Of a stretch of 64,000 nt of DNA, positions 1 through 41,254 are shown piece by piece. The stretch's first letter is position 1; the number at the start of each line of letters is the position of its first letter. This stretch comes from Chrysomallon squamiferum (Eukaryota > Animalia > Mollusca). Under the pieces are notes generated by a model. The model was not told where the DNA came from and did no database searches. It saw only the letters and a program-made list of their open reading frames with translations. The position numbers were made by a program, and so were the translations under genes. The stretch is taken from positions 46,686,001 through 46,750,000 of the forward strand of contig CM022665.1 of the NCBI GenBank assembly GCA_012295275.1, in the 5' to 3' direction.

Positions 1-216
1 TTGCTATAATGTTACAGACATATAAACGAATTAGATGCAGCACATATAGGGTTGTATGGAGGAACAAACAAGTTAAATACTGCAGACATTGGTATATGGA
101 TATCTAAACAGGATTAGTTTAATAGCATGGATAATTATAAGGCTAACTTAATAATATGTACTGGTATATACACATAGATATCTAAACAGAATGAGTTTAA
201 TATTGTGGATAATTAT

Positions 217-885
217 AATGCTGACTTAATATGTACTGATACATATATACGTAAATAGCTGGTGTTTCATATTTTAAGTATGTAATGCTGACTTAATATG
301 TACTGATACATATACCTAAATAGCTGGTGTTTTATATTGTAAGTATGTAATGCTGACTTAATATGTACTGATACATATACCTAAATAGCTGGTGTTTCAT
401 ATTTTAAGTATATAATGCTGACTTAATATGTACTGATACATATACCTAAATAGCTGGTGTTTTATATTTTAAGTATGTAATGCTGACTTAATATGTACTG
501 ATACATATACCTAAATAGCTGGTGTTTCATATTGTAAGTATGTAATGCTGACTTAATATGTACTGATACATATACCTAAATAGCTGGTGTTTTATATTGT
601 AAGTATGTAATGCTGACTTAATATGTACTGATACATATATACGTAAATAGCTGGTGTTTTATATTGTAAGTATGTAATGCTGACTTAATATGTACTGATA
701 CATATATACGTAAATAGCTGGCATTTTATATTGTATGTATGTAATGCTGACTTAATATGTACTGATACATATATATAAATAGCTGGTGTTTCATATTGTA
801 AGTATGTAATGCTGACTTAATATGTACTGATACATATACCTAAATAGCTGGCATTTCATATTGTAAGTATGTAATGCTGACTCAG
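217..885. repeat. ~59-61 bp minisatellite, ~11 copies
   Basis: Unit taatgctgacttaatatgtactgatacatatacctaaatagctggtgttttatattgtaagtatg. Confidence 0.95.
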
Positions 886-1053
886 TTATTTATATACTGG
901 TATTAAATACAATGAAATTATAAAGATAATAAAGATAAGTGTATGTATGTGTGTGTATGTGTGTGTATGTATATGTGTGTGTGTGTTGAGCCTTTATATA
1001 CATGTATGTATGCTTTTATCTGGATGTAAGTATGTAAGTATGTATGTATGTAT

Positions 1054-1099
<46 letters not shown>

Positions 1100-1906
1100 A
1101 CATATATGTGTGTGTGTGTATGTATGTATGTATGTTTGTATGTATGTATGTATGTATGTATGTATGTATACATATATGTGTGTGTGTGAATGTATGTGTT
1201 TGTATGTATCTACCTATCATGACTTAAGAATGATAATAAGACAGTGAACAAAAACAGCAGTCCCTGACATTCAAGCACAAATACAATCTGCAGCGCACAC
1301 ACACACACACACACACACATCACCACGAGAAACTAACAAAAACGAACAGAGAGAGAAATTAAATATTTATGTAAAATTTTCTATTTCTGAGACATCTTCT
1401 CGTCTTCTTGGTGTGAACAGTGACAATGGCTGTCTTCTTCCAGTCTAGTTTAGTGATCCTGTAATTTGAGCAGAACTGGTACAAAGTCACTTATGACTCA
1501 TTTTGTACTCTGTGGCCATTTATACTACCAACAATGTTAAATAGCCTCTGACTTGATTTTTTTTTTTTCTCTCTCTCTCTCTCTCTCTCTCTCCGTCTCT
1601 GTGTCTCTCTCTCTCTTTCTCAGTAACATTAAAAAAGAAAACATAATAATGTACAAAGTACTAAAGTGTGTGGTGAGTCATGCAAGGTTATCACTTGAAC
1701 TAAAACACATTTATAAATCAGTCAGTGAATATGTGGGATCTAGGAAATATCTCTTAATGTGTTTGTGTGGTCAATAAAGAGAGTAAATAATACACTTCTT
1801 TCCAGATGATTGTTTTATTCATGTGCTCTTTAACACATTATAAATTATAATATGTAATTCTATATATATATATATAGTAGAAATACTAAAAAAATAATCA
1901 TGTTTC

Positions 1907-1953
<47 letters not shown>

Positions 1954-2254
1954 AATCATAAATATATTCTTTAATATTCAACAAAAAAGAAAAAATTAAA
2001 AGGCAACTGACAAAACTAAACTATATATATATAAGGATAGATAAGGATTTTATTCATTGAATCTTGTATATTCTTGTATACAAGATTCAATGAATAAAAT
2101 GAAACACCAAAATTATTTAAACATTATTATCAGTAACATAATTATGAATATATGTGGAGAAAACAATGTCAGAATTTATTACTTCATGAGTTTCTGTAGT
2201 AAACTATATGTTACATTTAAACAGTTCTTGTAATAAGCAAACAGTCTAAATGCA

Positions 2255-2450
2255 TTTCCTTCCAAATCATTGTTTTATTTATTTCTTTAAATATTTTATA
2301 TTTCCTTCCAAATCATTGTTTTGTTAATTTCTTATAACAAGACTAAATATATTTTACACTTCTTTCAAAATCATTGTTTCATTAATTTCTTGTAACAAGA
2401 CTTAATATGTTATGTTTCTTCAAAATCACTGTTCTATTAATTTCTTATAA
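2255..2450. repeat. Degenerate ~45-55 bp tandem repeat, ~4 copies
   Basis: Recurrent ttccttccaaatcattgttt...atttctt. Confidence 0.6.
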
Positions 2451-3577
2451 AAATAATAATTAATATGAATAAAAGCATAAATATATTATATAAATTCCTA
2501 CAATTTTTTTTTTTTGTTTACTTGCTTATGAAAAACAACCATCCCTCTGCCAGTATTAAAGTTTAACAATAAAAAATAATAAACCCAAGAAGATGTTCTG
2601 AGATAGCCATTTGTATTTCTGGGGGTTGGGGCGGCGGTTTGGTGACAGACATCTGGTTTCTCAAATAGATATAAAAACACACACACACACACATACATTC
2701 TTTCAAACAGCATGACTAACACAATACAGGAAGACAGCCGACCACCTACTTGCTTTTGTTTATTAATCCTTGGTATCAACAAGCAAATCACTGAAATATT
2801 TTATCTATCAGCTTATCTGGATATTTTTTACACTTCTCTGTAACCTGACAGTTAAAAAAAAAAAAAATGCAAAAAAAAAAAATGAGAGAAGTCTTTATGT
2901 TATCTCCTCTGATCTGTTAAATTATTTCCAAACTTTATTGTTATTAAAGGTTGATATCATGTTAAAGTGTAAAAACAGTAATCTGGCAGTATAGAGAATA
3001 TATTTTACACTCTTTATTCTTGTCATCATCGTTATAAATGATTTACTATGAGACAACATCACAGTTTAGTAAAAAAAATATATTGATTAATTTTAAGTAT
3101 ACAAGTAATGTGGTGGTCAATAGTTGTATAAAAATAAGATGTAAAAAAAAATAATAATTTAAAAAAAAAAAAATAAATAAAAAAAAAAAAAAATAAAAAA
3201 TATATATATAAAAAACAAATTTAAAAAATAAATAAAAAATAAATAATGAAAAAACAAAAACATTTATATAGCTGAACAGAAAGAAAACAAAAATGTACCA
3301 CAGGTTTATTTTAATTGTTACAAAATTAATATATGCTCATGAATAAATCTTAATAAAAGATATATATATATATATATATATATCCAATTCTTTCTAAGGA
3401 AACAGAATGGTGACATGGAGCAGAAGATTTTTATTTATTGTAAACTTCAAAAATTTCAGAAATGTTAGAAAGGAGAAGACATTACTCTTGTGAGTTTACT
3501 TTTTCAAGTTAAAATAAATTTAATTACAGAACTGTCTTTTTTTTGGTCAAGTAACAGGTTAACGTTAAAGAAATATG

Positions 3578-3628
<51 letters not shown>

Positions 3629-4056
3629 TAAACATACACAAACATAGCCATCACATTAAAATTTGTTACAAAGACACAGAGAACCACACAGAACCATCCT
3701 GTACTGATGTATCATCTTGCACTCTGTATTTCTCCTATCATTAGCACCACAGTAACATATCACACAGAAAGAAGACAATGCAAGTAAAAAATTAAAAAAA
3801 GGAACTTGAAGGACAGATTAGAGATCTTAAATATTTAAATGCATGACAGGACAGAAACAGCTTGACTAGAAATTTTACTAGATAAGTAACTGATGATACT
3901 GTAACCTTCTCACTAATTTCTAATTTACTACTTATGGTCCAAAAAAAAAATACTTGCCCAATTAAAAATAAGATATATTTATTTTTTATTTTGTTATAAA
4001 ATTATATATTTATAAATAGTTGAAATACTAGAAGTACATAAAGTTCAGCTATCTTT

Positions 4057-4101
<45 letters not shown>

Positions 4102-5177
4102 TAATAATAAAATAATAATGTATTTCTATAAATAGAGGGTTTTTTTTTATATTTTAGTGTAAAATATGAATAATTAATAATAATTGTTTCAAACAGTTAA
4201 TAGCAAGTCATAATTTGTAATCAAGTAGATATATATTTGTGAAATAATAACATTATTAATTATTTCAAATATCTAGTAACCATGACAACAAATGAACAAA
4301 GTCTAATAACAGTCCAGTTAATAATAATAATAACAGAAATAACTAATTAATAACTCAATTAATAATAGCAGAAAACAACTAATGAATAACCCTATTAATA
4401 ACTAATAAAACTAATATATTTTAATAATAACTGTTTCATAAAATAAAATAAAAATGTTACACAAAAAATAAAAATAAAATGTTAGACTAAAATAAAATAA
4501 AATGTTAGACTAAAATAAAATAAAAATATTAAAACAACTTGAAATGAAATAAACCAAAATTAAATAAAAATAATAAAATATCTGAAAAATAAACAAAACC
4601 AATAAAAAATTAAAAATAAAAATATTAAAATAAAACTAAAAATACTAAAATAAAAAAAACTGAATGAAACAAAACAGAACAAAATAAAATAAAACAAACC
4701 AAAATAACGTAAAATAAAATAAAATAAAACCTACAGGTTAATATCACCCCAAACAAAAACCACAGAACAGTTTTACAAAGACCATACACCTGTTTTTTTT
4801 ACTACTACTACTACTACAACAACATGCACAAAACCACATGCATCACATCTGCCATACTCTTTTCTCTCCATTGAACTTTCTATAATTAAAATCATTTCAT
4901 CTCGGAAAGACACAGACCACCTAGAACCTAGATATTGGATCTTTCTACCTAACCTTTCTGAAGCAGTAGTTCTGGCCCTGAATGGTCAACAGATGACCAG
5001 GTCAGTGCTGGTCACAAACTGATGAGTCACTGTGTACACACATGCTGGTTTGTGAAAAAAAAGCAGGATCTGACCGCCTAATATGGGTGAGGCTTCCTCC
5101 ACAAGCACTTTATGTTTTTTTATATTTAGATCTGATGCAAACATTTTTGTTTCCTTGTTATAATTATATAATGGATT

Positions 5178-5225
<48 letters not shown>

Positions 5226-5519
5226 TGTGTTTGTGTATGGGAGTGTTTGTGTGCATGTGTGTGTGTGGATGTCCATGTGTGTGTGTGTGTTTTTATATAT
5301 AAATTCTTAATTAAAAAAATATATTATCCCCATTTACAGTATTCAGAATACTTTCTCTTTCAGTAATAAATTTTAATATGAAATTTTTGTTTTGCCTTGT
5401 TTATTAATATTTGTACTTATCTATTTTATTTGTGTGTGAGTGTGTATTTGACTGGGGCATATCTGTATTTATGTATAAGTGTATGTGTATATATATATAT
5501 ATATATATGTCTGTATGTA

Positions 5520-5573
<54 letters not shown>

Positions 5574-6116
5574 CAAATATACATATGCAAGTAAGACATG
5601 GACAGAAATCTGCCTACACATATTTGAGCACTTGCAAATGTTAAACAAATCAGAGTTTAAAAAGATCTCGGAGAGAGAAATAAAACACAAACAGAAAGCT
5701 TTCTCTCCTTCTAAAGTGCTACTCAAGACGTTTTATGAAAGTCTGTTACGTTGTATCCTCCTTTCTGCTATTTCTTGAGTCACCTTTGCCTTCTGGCTAG
5801 CACCTGACCATCCCAGACCCAAGACAAATGAATGCTATATAAAACCATGATAGGAAAACAAGGCAGGGGAGCGGTTACTATTACGTTATTTGTCTTGATT
5901 GTGTGTATGTCAATATATATATATATATATAATTAATGATGGGTACTTGTGTAAATGTTTGTCTTTCCGTGTATTTGAATTGATGAAAGGAATATTTAAT
6001 TTATGCTTGTCAATATGTATATATATGTGTTTGTATGTATTAAAAATTATATATAATAACAATAATTGTTTTATATACACATGTATACAGGTGTATATTT
6101 GAATAGTTGTGTATAC

Positions 6117-6392
6117 ACATAATGCAATTATTATGAATACAGACACATATGTAGTGTGTGTGTATGTGTGTGTGGATGTGTGCGTGTGGAGCGCAAACAC
6201 ACCCATTTATGTCTAAAATATATAAATATTTTTTTGTTAACTGTGTTTTAAAATTAGACATAATGCAATTATTATGTATACAGACACATATGTAATGTGT
6301 GTGTGTGTGTGTGTGTGTGAACACATTCATTCATGTCTAAAATATATAATATATAAATATTTTTTTTTTTTTACTGTGTTTTAAAATTAGAC
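6117..6392. repeat. ~140 bp tandem duplication
   Basis: cataatgcaattattatg...cagacacatatgta...atgtctaaaatatataa...actgtgtttt(a)aaattagac occurs twice. Confidence 0.8.
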
Positions 6393-6800
6393 TGGGTTGG
6401 GTCCATTTCTACAAGTACGTAATTGTGTTTTAGTGATTCACCCAAGTGACAAACAAGATAAACATGTCTTTGTAGAAATTCTTCATATCACCTAAATATG
6501 CATGCGTAATTGTAAAGTAAAATATTTTAACAGTAGGTTTCGTTGCTTTTTTTTCTGCTTGTTTTGACTAAGAATGTTAGTTTTTAAAATGATTCTTGTT
6601 TAATAAATTTAAAAGGAAATCAATTGAGAGAAAAAAAAAAAAATATATATATATATATGTATGTATATAATTCCTTATTTGGTACAATTTCTTTATAAAA
6701 ATGTATTATCAACAAAATAAGTGCTCGTGGATTACCGTTTTTCTTAATCATCACTAGCAGAGTTGTCTACATACTTTATTATCATGAAAGTTTAGCCTAC

Positions 6801-6887
<87 letters not shown>

Positions 6888-7568
6888 TTATAATAAGACC
6901 TTTAAGCATAATAATAAAATAAATTAAAAACATTCAACTGTTTGGAATATAGTATTTATATGCTCTATTATGCCACTTCCAAAGATGAACTTTACAAAGA
7001 AACAAATAAAACAGTCTATTGAAAGCCTTCAGAATTATTCTATCCGCCATGAAAAAAACCAAACACAGGTATGATTTAAACATTCTATAAGAACAAAAAC
7101 TAAAAAGATCTCAAACGTAACCTTTTCAAAATTGTGTTATTTCCAACTATCCATCAATACTCTTTAACACCTAACTGAATGCTACAGTTCTGTCATGTTT
7201 TATTCCCAGAAGGGAACACATCATCATGACAGTTCTGCGACTTCAGATTTTTTAAATAAACGTATTGTTTCACAGCTTAAATTCGTGATCACGTCGCTGA
7301 TTTGATTGCGTCTAGATACGGTATTGATTCTCCAAGTCAAATATAGGTTATTTTTCACTTAAACTCTTTATGATGGATTTCTGGCCTCTTTAATTTTCAA
7401 TAAAAGAAAAAAAAAAAAAAAAAAGGTTGGAGACAATACATGACGTTGTTTGTATTAATGCATATTTAAAGATAATCTGCTGAATCTTGTAACAGATCGG
7501 AAGAATAGAATTCTTCTTTTAAAAAGTGCTGACTAAACTAAAATAAATATGTGTGTGTGTGTGTGTGT

Positions 7569-7613
<45 letters not shown>

Positions 7614-7840
7614 AAATGGAAATAATGAATCACAAGTCAAGTTCGATCCAAAGAGAATTACCATAATAAATGCATCAAGTGCATTTTTAAATCCAAATCT
7701 AAAATCAAATAAAAATTTTAAATAATACATGAAAAATCACTTAAGACATGTAACCTCCTGTGATTACTTTCAGCATAGTTAAAAAAAAAAAAAAAAAAAA
7801 AAAAACACACAGGTAACAATCACCTGTACACAAAACATAC

Positions 7841-7972
7841 CTTTATAGTTCCCTTGCGGATGATGTCCGCAAGTCCATCAGGCTCAATAATTCCCCACGA
7901 CAAGCCATTTGCATTTTCATCGACTGCACGTGTTTCGCACACACTTTCACCCGTGTCCATTGGCAGTGCCAT
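7841..7972 (-). CDS. First coding exon of a - strand gene, tentatively a DUSP8/DUSP16 (vhp-1-like) MAPK phosphatase, start of the rhodanese domain; downstream exons not seen in the window
   Basis: The exon is bounded by acceptor ttttaatttcag|AGAG (starts 8199) and donor ATAAAG|gtatgt (ends 7841). ATG at 7972 has an in-frame TAA 3 nt upstream. It encodes MALPMDTGESVCETRAVDENANGLSWGIIEPDGLADIIRKGTIK, phase 0. The C-terminal part resembles, from recall, the segment of DUSP8/16 just before LxIDSR. Exon status is better supported than the family call. Confidence 0.5.
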
Positions 7973-8199
7973 TGATTAACCAAACACCTGATTTCTAACG
8001 AGATGATCAAGAAACGTGAGGCCCTCACGAGGTGCCCATATTACCCGGCACATCTTAAAGTTAATTTCTGGGAATACTGTTTACTGCTCATGACTTTTTT
8101 CACAAGGTAATCTGCCCTTTGATCAACATGGCTGTCATCATGCAGTTGGAGATATGTATCAAGTGATGCACAAATGGAACATACATAGCAAGCTTCTCT
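7973..8199 (-). other. 5' UTR part of the same exon, containing multiple upstream ATGs/uORFs
   Basis: 8 ATGs counted between the acceptor at 8199 and the main ATG. Examples are MYVPFVHHLIHISNCMMTAMLIKGQITL* and MCRVIWAPREGLTFLDHLVRNQVFG* (8053-7976). Confidence 0.5.
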
Positions 8200-8473
8200 C
8201 TGAAATTAAAAAACAAGATAAAAAGATTAAGTATGTGTACTCTCATGTGTAAATAGTAACAGTGGTATTTTTTGTCCTGTTTAGTATTATTAATAAATAT
8301 GTAAACACAAACAAAACAACAGTGAATAAGCAAACCAAAAAATTCTTCATTTTATGTTTTCTCTGTCCATCTGTATGTATTTATATGGTTATGTATGCAT
8401 GTGTACATATTTATACAGATGTGCAAGTTTTGTTTTACAGATATATATATATGCATGTTCATGCATTTATACA

Positions 8474-8505
<32 letters not shown>

Positions 8506-8908
8506 CAAGCCTCTTTCTTGCATTTATATAATACACATAAATACAAAAAAATAATAATAATATTAATAAGAGTCACAGCTCATCTTGTACATTTATGCAC
8601 AATATTGAAATAATTACTGGATTTGATTTCTGCTGTTTAAATAAATGAAAACCTGTCAAACCAGTGTGTTATTAGGTTCCAGACACGTTTTTAAAAAAAA
8701 TATCTGTGCCAAATGATGATGTAAAAGAGAAATATTATTAAAAAAATAAAAATAAAAATAATAAAAAAATCACACAAACAAAACAAACCATCTTATTGAT
8801 CAGCTTTGTATTTATAAGCTGAGAGGCCGCTGGAAATTAATATTTGTTTGCAAGATAAATTTAATTGTGATGTAATATTCAGTAATATAAAACACACACA
8901 CATAGTCA

Positions 8909-8954
<46 letters not shown>

Positions 8955-10249
8955 CATACATAGTCTTGTTCTCTTTTCCAAATTGAGAAAAACAAATCTA
9001 ATATTATTTGAAACATATAAAAAAATTATTTATTAAAGAATAATACACAATTTAAAATTCTATAGATTAGACAGAAATACTACAGAAATTATCCAAAATA
9101 CAACTATATTGCTCTATCTCAAATTGATGAACACAATATAATTTTATAGAAAAAAAAAGAAAAAAAAAGTAACTCACAATAAACTGAACATACAGGTACA
9201 TACAGTAGTTAATCAGATAACATAAATATCCAGTTTTTAAAATTGCTAAACCACAATTACTTAAACATGATCAATAACAAAATTATTATTTCCACGTTAT
9301 GAATCATTGGTCTCATAAAAATAGAAATTTGAAACAAAAACTTATGAGTGTATATGTAATATCCAATACCCCAAAAAGATAACTGATATGTTCAGACATA
9401 AATGAAGACATGTGAAAAATATAAATTATTGTAATTTCAGAGTAAAATCCATCAACATGAATGCAGTTTGTTTTAATTATAAACAACACCTGCACTATAA
9501 TGTGAAAATAAATAAAAATTAAAAATTAAATTAAATAATAAAATAAATATATAAATAAAACAATAAAATTAAATTGTGGATGTTATTATTATATTCAAAA
9601 GTCTTGATAATAAATATTAAAACATGCTGAAATTAAACAACTACATAATAATATTCTTCACGAGGTGAAGATCACAGCTCTGTCTTAAAAATTCATTAGT
9701 TATGTTGCTGTCACTGGGCACAAAATTATTATAACAGAACAACTGTTTAAAACAATATTGGCTTTCATACTTTTAATATCTTAATTCATTCTGATTTATT
9801 TAAAGCAGACGTTATTTAATAACTGAGTTTATCATACCACTGTATCGTTACTTGCGTTGTACCAACCTGTTGACGATTTGAATACCGGTACATGATGTTC
9901 TCGATACCGTTGTTATTTTTATACTTTTTGACAGTCTATGAATATAATTATAAAATTAGTGATTACATATCCCAGTAAGCGACTGAATGACTAAAATACT
10001 AATTATAGTGAAAGAAGTATGGAAATAAATTCCGGAATCTGTTGACTAAAGTCTCAAAACTGCGTTTGTTGTCAACATTTACGATAAACCATGTCCTGTA
10101 ATCGTAAGAGTTACTGCGGAATATATACATAAAAAATAAAAATAATTGACCAGTTTGGATAGTATAGAATCTCTCACATCGACTATACTTGCCTTCCCAA
10201 AGAAACTTGTCCCTCTGGCTTATGAAACATACAAAGTTATCTCATCAAA

Positions 10250-10620
10250 CTTACATTCAGCCATTTTTCAAACACACTTCTCAAGATCATAGCAATTAGG
10301 TCACAAGCTATATTTAGTAACATGATTAATAAGCAACCAATAGAATGGTCCGTTGCAAAGAGTCGCTGGTATACAAACACGGAAGCAGCAAGATGTTAGC
10401 CGGAAATGATTTACTGCTTTCTGTGGGAAATTCAACGTGTGATCGCATTCGCATATTTATGTGTTGTTTATTTGAACTTTGATTATATCTGCTCAGTTTA
10501 CGTAACAGCATCCAGAAAAATTCATTTAGCATGGAATAATTTCTTTAACTGAGGCACTTGCGTTTTCTTTGGTTTCTTGAAATGTTGCTTTGAAATACTC
10601 CCCAGACTCCGAGTTTGTTT
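10250..10620. promoter_or_regulatory. Candidate bidirectional promoter between the - strand gene and SWSAP1
   Basis: Locally CpG-richer, with ETS-like cores (cacGGAAgc ~10380, ccGGAAat ~10400). There is a - strand donor ctgaat|gtaagt at 10255/10254 and a YY1-like AAAATGGC on the - strand just before it. The region lies between two divergent ATG-containing exons that both start at splice acceptors. Confidence 0.4.
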
Positions 10621-10845
10621 ATTACTATTTAATTTAGTATACTATTTTGTTTTTGACGGCGATTACCATAATTATATAATTATAAATATGAAATTACATT
10701 AATATTTGCACATTTATCATTTTAAATGTAAAGTGACACTATAAATAAGTAGTACTAACTATTACATTTGGCAAATAATAAAATATGAAAACCCTTTTTC
10801 ATGAATAAATACCAATATTACTTATTAGTGTAAAGATTATATATA

Positions 10846-10880
<35 letters not shown>

Positions 10881-11059
10881 AATAATAACAAATACAAAAA
10901 TTAAAAAAATGTAACAGTAACAAAACAGAATTTGTAAGTTGAATTATTAAATTAATAGAGTACGTTTTTATTAACATTAAAGTTTATTTAATCAATCTGT
11001 TTTGGTTATTTCCTGTTTCACTAAATTTTAAAAATCATTTATATGTCAGATATTATGAT

Positions 11060-11250
11060 ACAGTGTATGTTGTGCACCACCCTGGGATGGTTAATACAAA
11101 ATATCTTTTTGCTACTGATTGATAAAAGCAGCATGTGGAACAGAAGCCAAACATTTCCTTTCAGATCTTTTGACAAAAATCACATGTTTGGCACATAATA
11201 ACTGTGAATGTTAATGAGGTATTATTTAATATTTATTCATTGCTTCTTTC
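11060..11250 (+). mobile_element. Highly decayed 3' half of the same SINE family
   Basis: tgggatggttaatacaaaatatctttttgctactga (~11083) aligns with tgggacggtgcataataaaatataccttgctgctaa, the reverse complement of the 34.75 kb copy. Confidence 0.5.
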
Positions 11251-11265
11251 ATGCAGGCAGCGAGA

Positions 11266-37693
<26,428 letters not shown>

Positions 37694-37919
37694 GTGGTTA
37701 GTCATCTAGTCGAAAACCAGTCAAGTGCGACGGACAGCAGAAATAGATAACACCCTTCTAGGATAACTTCACCATTGACAGAAATCATGGATGGTGATTT
37801 ACTTGCGTGTATTTGTGATATCCGTACATCCTTGACTGCATGCACATTAATAATTCTACCACCCACCATGTGAATTTTATATATATATATTTTTTTTTTT
37901 TTTTTTTTTACCACACAGT

Positions 37920-38300
37920 GCATAAATGTCATGAATGTAGAGACATTAATATTCTTGTCACAGAGTGCCTGAACTTCATGAAAATAGGCAACGTTAATAT
38001 TTTTACCAAATAGAGCCTGAACTTCATGAATGTAGGCAACGTTAATATTTTTACCAAATAGAGCCTGAACTTCATTGAATATATGCAGCATTAATATTTT
38101 TATCACATAGTGCTGAACTTCATGAATATAGGCAACATTAATATTTTTATCACATAGTGCTGAACTTCATGAATATAGGCAACATTAGTATTTTTATCAC
38201 ATAGTGCTGAACTTCATGAATATAGGCACATTAATATTTTTAAGACATAGTGCTTGAACTTCATGAATATAGGCACATTCATATTATTACCTCAGAGTTC
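37920..38300. repeat. ~47-49 bp minisatellite just downstream of the SWSAP1 stop (possible 3' UTR), ~8 copies
   Basis: Unit tgaacttcatgaatataggcaacattaatatttttatcacatagtgc. Confidence 0.9.
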
Positions 38301-39258
38301 TCAAACTAGGCATTATAAATATTAATATTTGTGCCTCTATTTTGCAGATCTCCTTCTCTCTCACAGATACATAACTGTTAAAACATCATAAATAATGACA
38401 CATGTTTAGACATGTCAGTAAGTGCCTGAACTTCAAGAGGCACATTAATAATTTTGTTGAAAACTAAAATTAGCATTTTTAAACTGATATTGTAGTCTTA
38501 TTTGATGAAAGCTGTTATAAAAATTTTATCAAAGCAATATTATACAAGTTTCATGAAATAAATTAATTTTAACTACTTTAATGACAAATGAACTCATTTC
38601 ATTTTGCTAGTAACACTCACGAGTATGTTTGTTTTGTTTTTTTTTAAATTAGTTTTTTAAAAGAGTCTTTGAAATAAGATATCCACTCTCTGTATTCTGT
38701 AATCTGCTCTTTCTGATTAATAGCAGGGGATTTTTTTTATGTATGCACCTTCTCCTTAGCAGGAGAATACCAACCACAGATTTTGATGTTAAACGGTCTG
38801 TTAAGGATTTACTCTGATATGGATACACCAACACAATTCAATTCTTTGTCCATTTTTTTTTTTTTATACTCAAATCTCAGGCTCTTCTTCTTGAGATCTG
38901 ATGTGTAGATTAAACAGGTGTAAGTTACCTTAACGACTTGTAAGGTGTAAAATCTCAGGTGACTTCATTTTGCTGATTTATATGATGTGTTGCTAGGTTT
39001 AATGACTGCAGCCTGAACAGAAGTGGAACGAGAAAAAAAAAAAAAAAAAACCAGAATAAGAAGTAATTAACAGAGATAATAAGAACATTTCTTACTCATA
39101 TGATTCATGTCAGCTATTATAATGAGATAAATACAATTTAAAAAAAAAAAATTTTTTAAAAAAATAACGTTAAAAAAACATTTCTATTGTAGGATTCATT
39201 TAGGACATTGATAACAAGATAAAACACATTTATGTTATGTGACTCATCTCAATATCAG

Positions 39259-39301
<43 letters not shown>

Positions 39302-39612
39302 CTCTTGCATGATTTATGTTGACATATTTGGTTGTTGATGTGGTAGATACCAATAATGTATGTCTGTAAAAACGTCTGTCCCAAGTCGAACAAAAGATGT
39401 TATGCAATTAAATAAAATCCCCCTCTTTTATCAGTTATAAATCCTCCAAAAACACCAACACCCTGAAATCTAACAGTACCCAGTTTATTAATCACTGCAA
39501 CTGTACTAGTATTCAATGTAATTTTTTTGAAAAAAAAGAAGTAATTGTGTACAGAAATATGAATGTGTTAGCTGCGTTTGTATTGACCTTAGCTGGGTTC
39601 TTGTTCATCTTC

Positions 39613-39855
39613 ATTTTAATTATCTTCTATAACTTGAGATTTGGTCAGTTACATTTTAATTATCTTCTAAAACTTGAGACTTGGTCAGTTACATTTTATA
39701 TTATCTTCTATAACTTGAGATTTGGTCAGTTACATTTTATATTATCTTCTAAAACCTGAGATTTGGTCAGTTACATTTTAATTATCTTCTAAAACTTGAG
39801 ACTTGGTCAGTTATATTTTCATTATCTTCTAAAACTTGAGACTTGGTCAGTTACA
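39613..39855. repeat. ~41-42 bp minisatellite, ~6 copies
   Basis: Unit attttaattatcttctaaaacttgagacttggtcagttac. Confidence 0.95.
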
Positions 39856-41024
39856 CACCTAATGAAAACTGTGTAGTTTAAAAGCTGCCATTGTAATGAG
39901 CCATCATTGTCTTGAATCAAATAGGAGTCACTGATGCTTGTTGTGGAGATATGTATTGAATGTAATTGAAAATAAATTCTGTAAAATACTTTTAAATGTT
40001 TTTGTTGTAATTTTTAAAACATTGAAACACACACACACACACACAAGGAAACATACACACAGAAATACACACTCATGCAGACATGCACACACACACAGAA
40101 ACACACACACACAAACACACTCATACAGGCACATTCACAAAGTACATATACAAAAAAATACATTTTTGTTTTTGCTGTCATGATTACAGATGCATCATTC
40201 TGTATATTTATTATCCTGTTTTTATTTAATAATTACTTTAATAAAATTTCTTTTCCAAAAACAATTATATTAGCAACGTTTAAACATGCACTGACATTAC
40301 CCAGGCTGTTATTTTTTATGTTACATCCAACGTAATATTACCTTTTTCTTTATTTCAATACCCAGCGCCTCTTTCACAAGCATTTTATGTTTTACTGCAG
40401 AACAAATATCATTTTCTTCAGAATTTGTTGATATTTTTGACAATGATGGCATCAACAAACGTTTACATGGTTATTTGTCATAAAAGATTAATATAATTAA
40501 TTTGAATTTGCTTTACACAAATAAAGAATGTTATAATAATAATAATAATAATATGAGAAATACTCAAATTATTTTTGAATGTACAGTTAGTTATACGGTT
40601 GAGAATAAAATATACTGAAAGGAAATCCATTGCAACCACATAATGTGTATTATAACAATATCTTTTATTTCATATGAGTATAATCATATATATCGTGTAA
40701 CCAATAATGCCTTAGGGCCAGTTGTTTGCATACCCATTTTTTATTGATTTTTTTTCACGGATTGGTAATTTATGGTTGATATAAAATTACCTTTTGTTAA
40801 ACATGAAATTGCCCAGTTTATTTATATACGATTGTACTAAGGAGGTATGCAAATCAAAAAAAAAAAAAAAAAAAAAAAGTAAAAAAAAAGAAAAGAAAAA
40901 ACCCCCAAAACATTTATGTATAATAATAATAAATTCGCAAACTTAATGTAATTTTGTATTTATTTATTCATTTTATTTATTATTATTTTAATTTTTTGTT
41001 ATTTTCTTTTGTCATTCTTTTCGT

Positions 41025-41069
<45 letters not shown>

Positions 41070-41254
41070 TGACCGCCATAGCTATTAGGGAGGCGACTAA
41101 AGGTTGGAACAATGAAATGAATTTTCTGTATTTGAACTAGTATGTATATCGCTGATTTTTCTTTTCTTTTCTATTCTTTATTTTATTTTGTATTTTCCAT
41201 CTTCTCTACGGCTCTGTTTTTTTTACTTCTAGTAAACTTGAAAGGAAAACACAA

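Noticed and set aside
1-7840. Search for downstream DUSP exons (LxIDSR...YNxSHI) on the - strand
   Set aside because: The unique blocks at ~1.4, 2.6, 4.9, 5.7 and 7.2 kb gave no matching peptide by eye. The next exon is presumed outside the window, so the family call stays tentative.
7843-8028. Track ORF MRASRFLIISLEIRC...
   Set aside because: It is an alternative frame of the same exon and begins at a non-ATG codon. The ATG-7972 frame runs open to the donor and is preferred.
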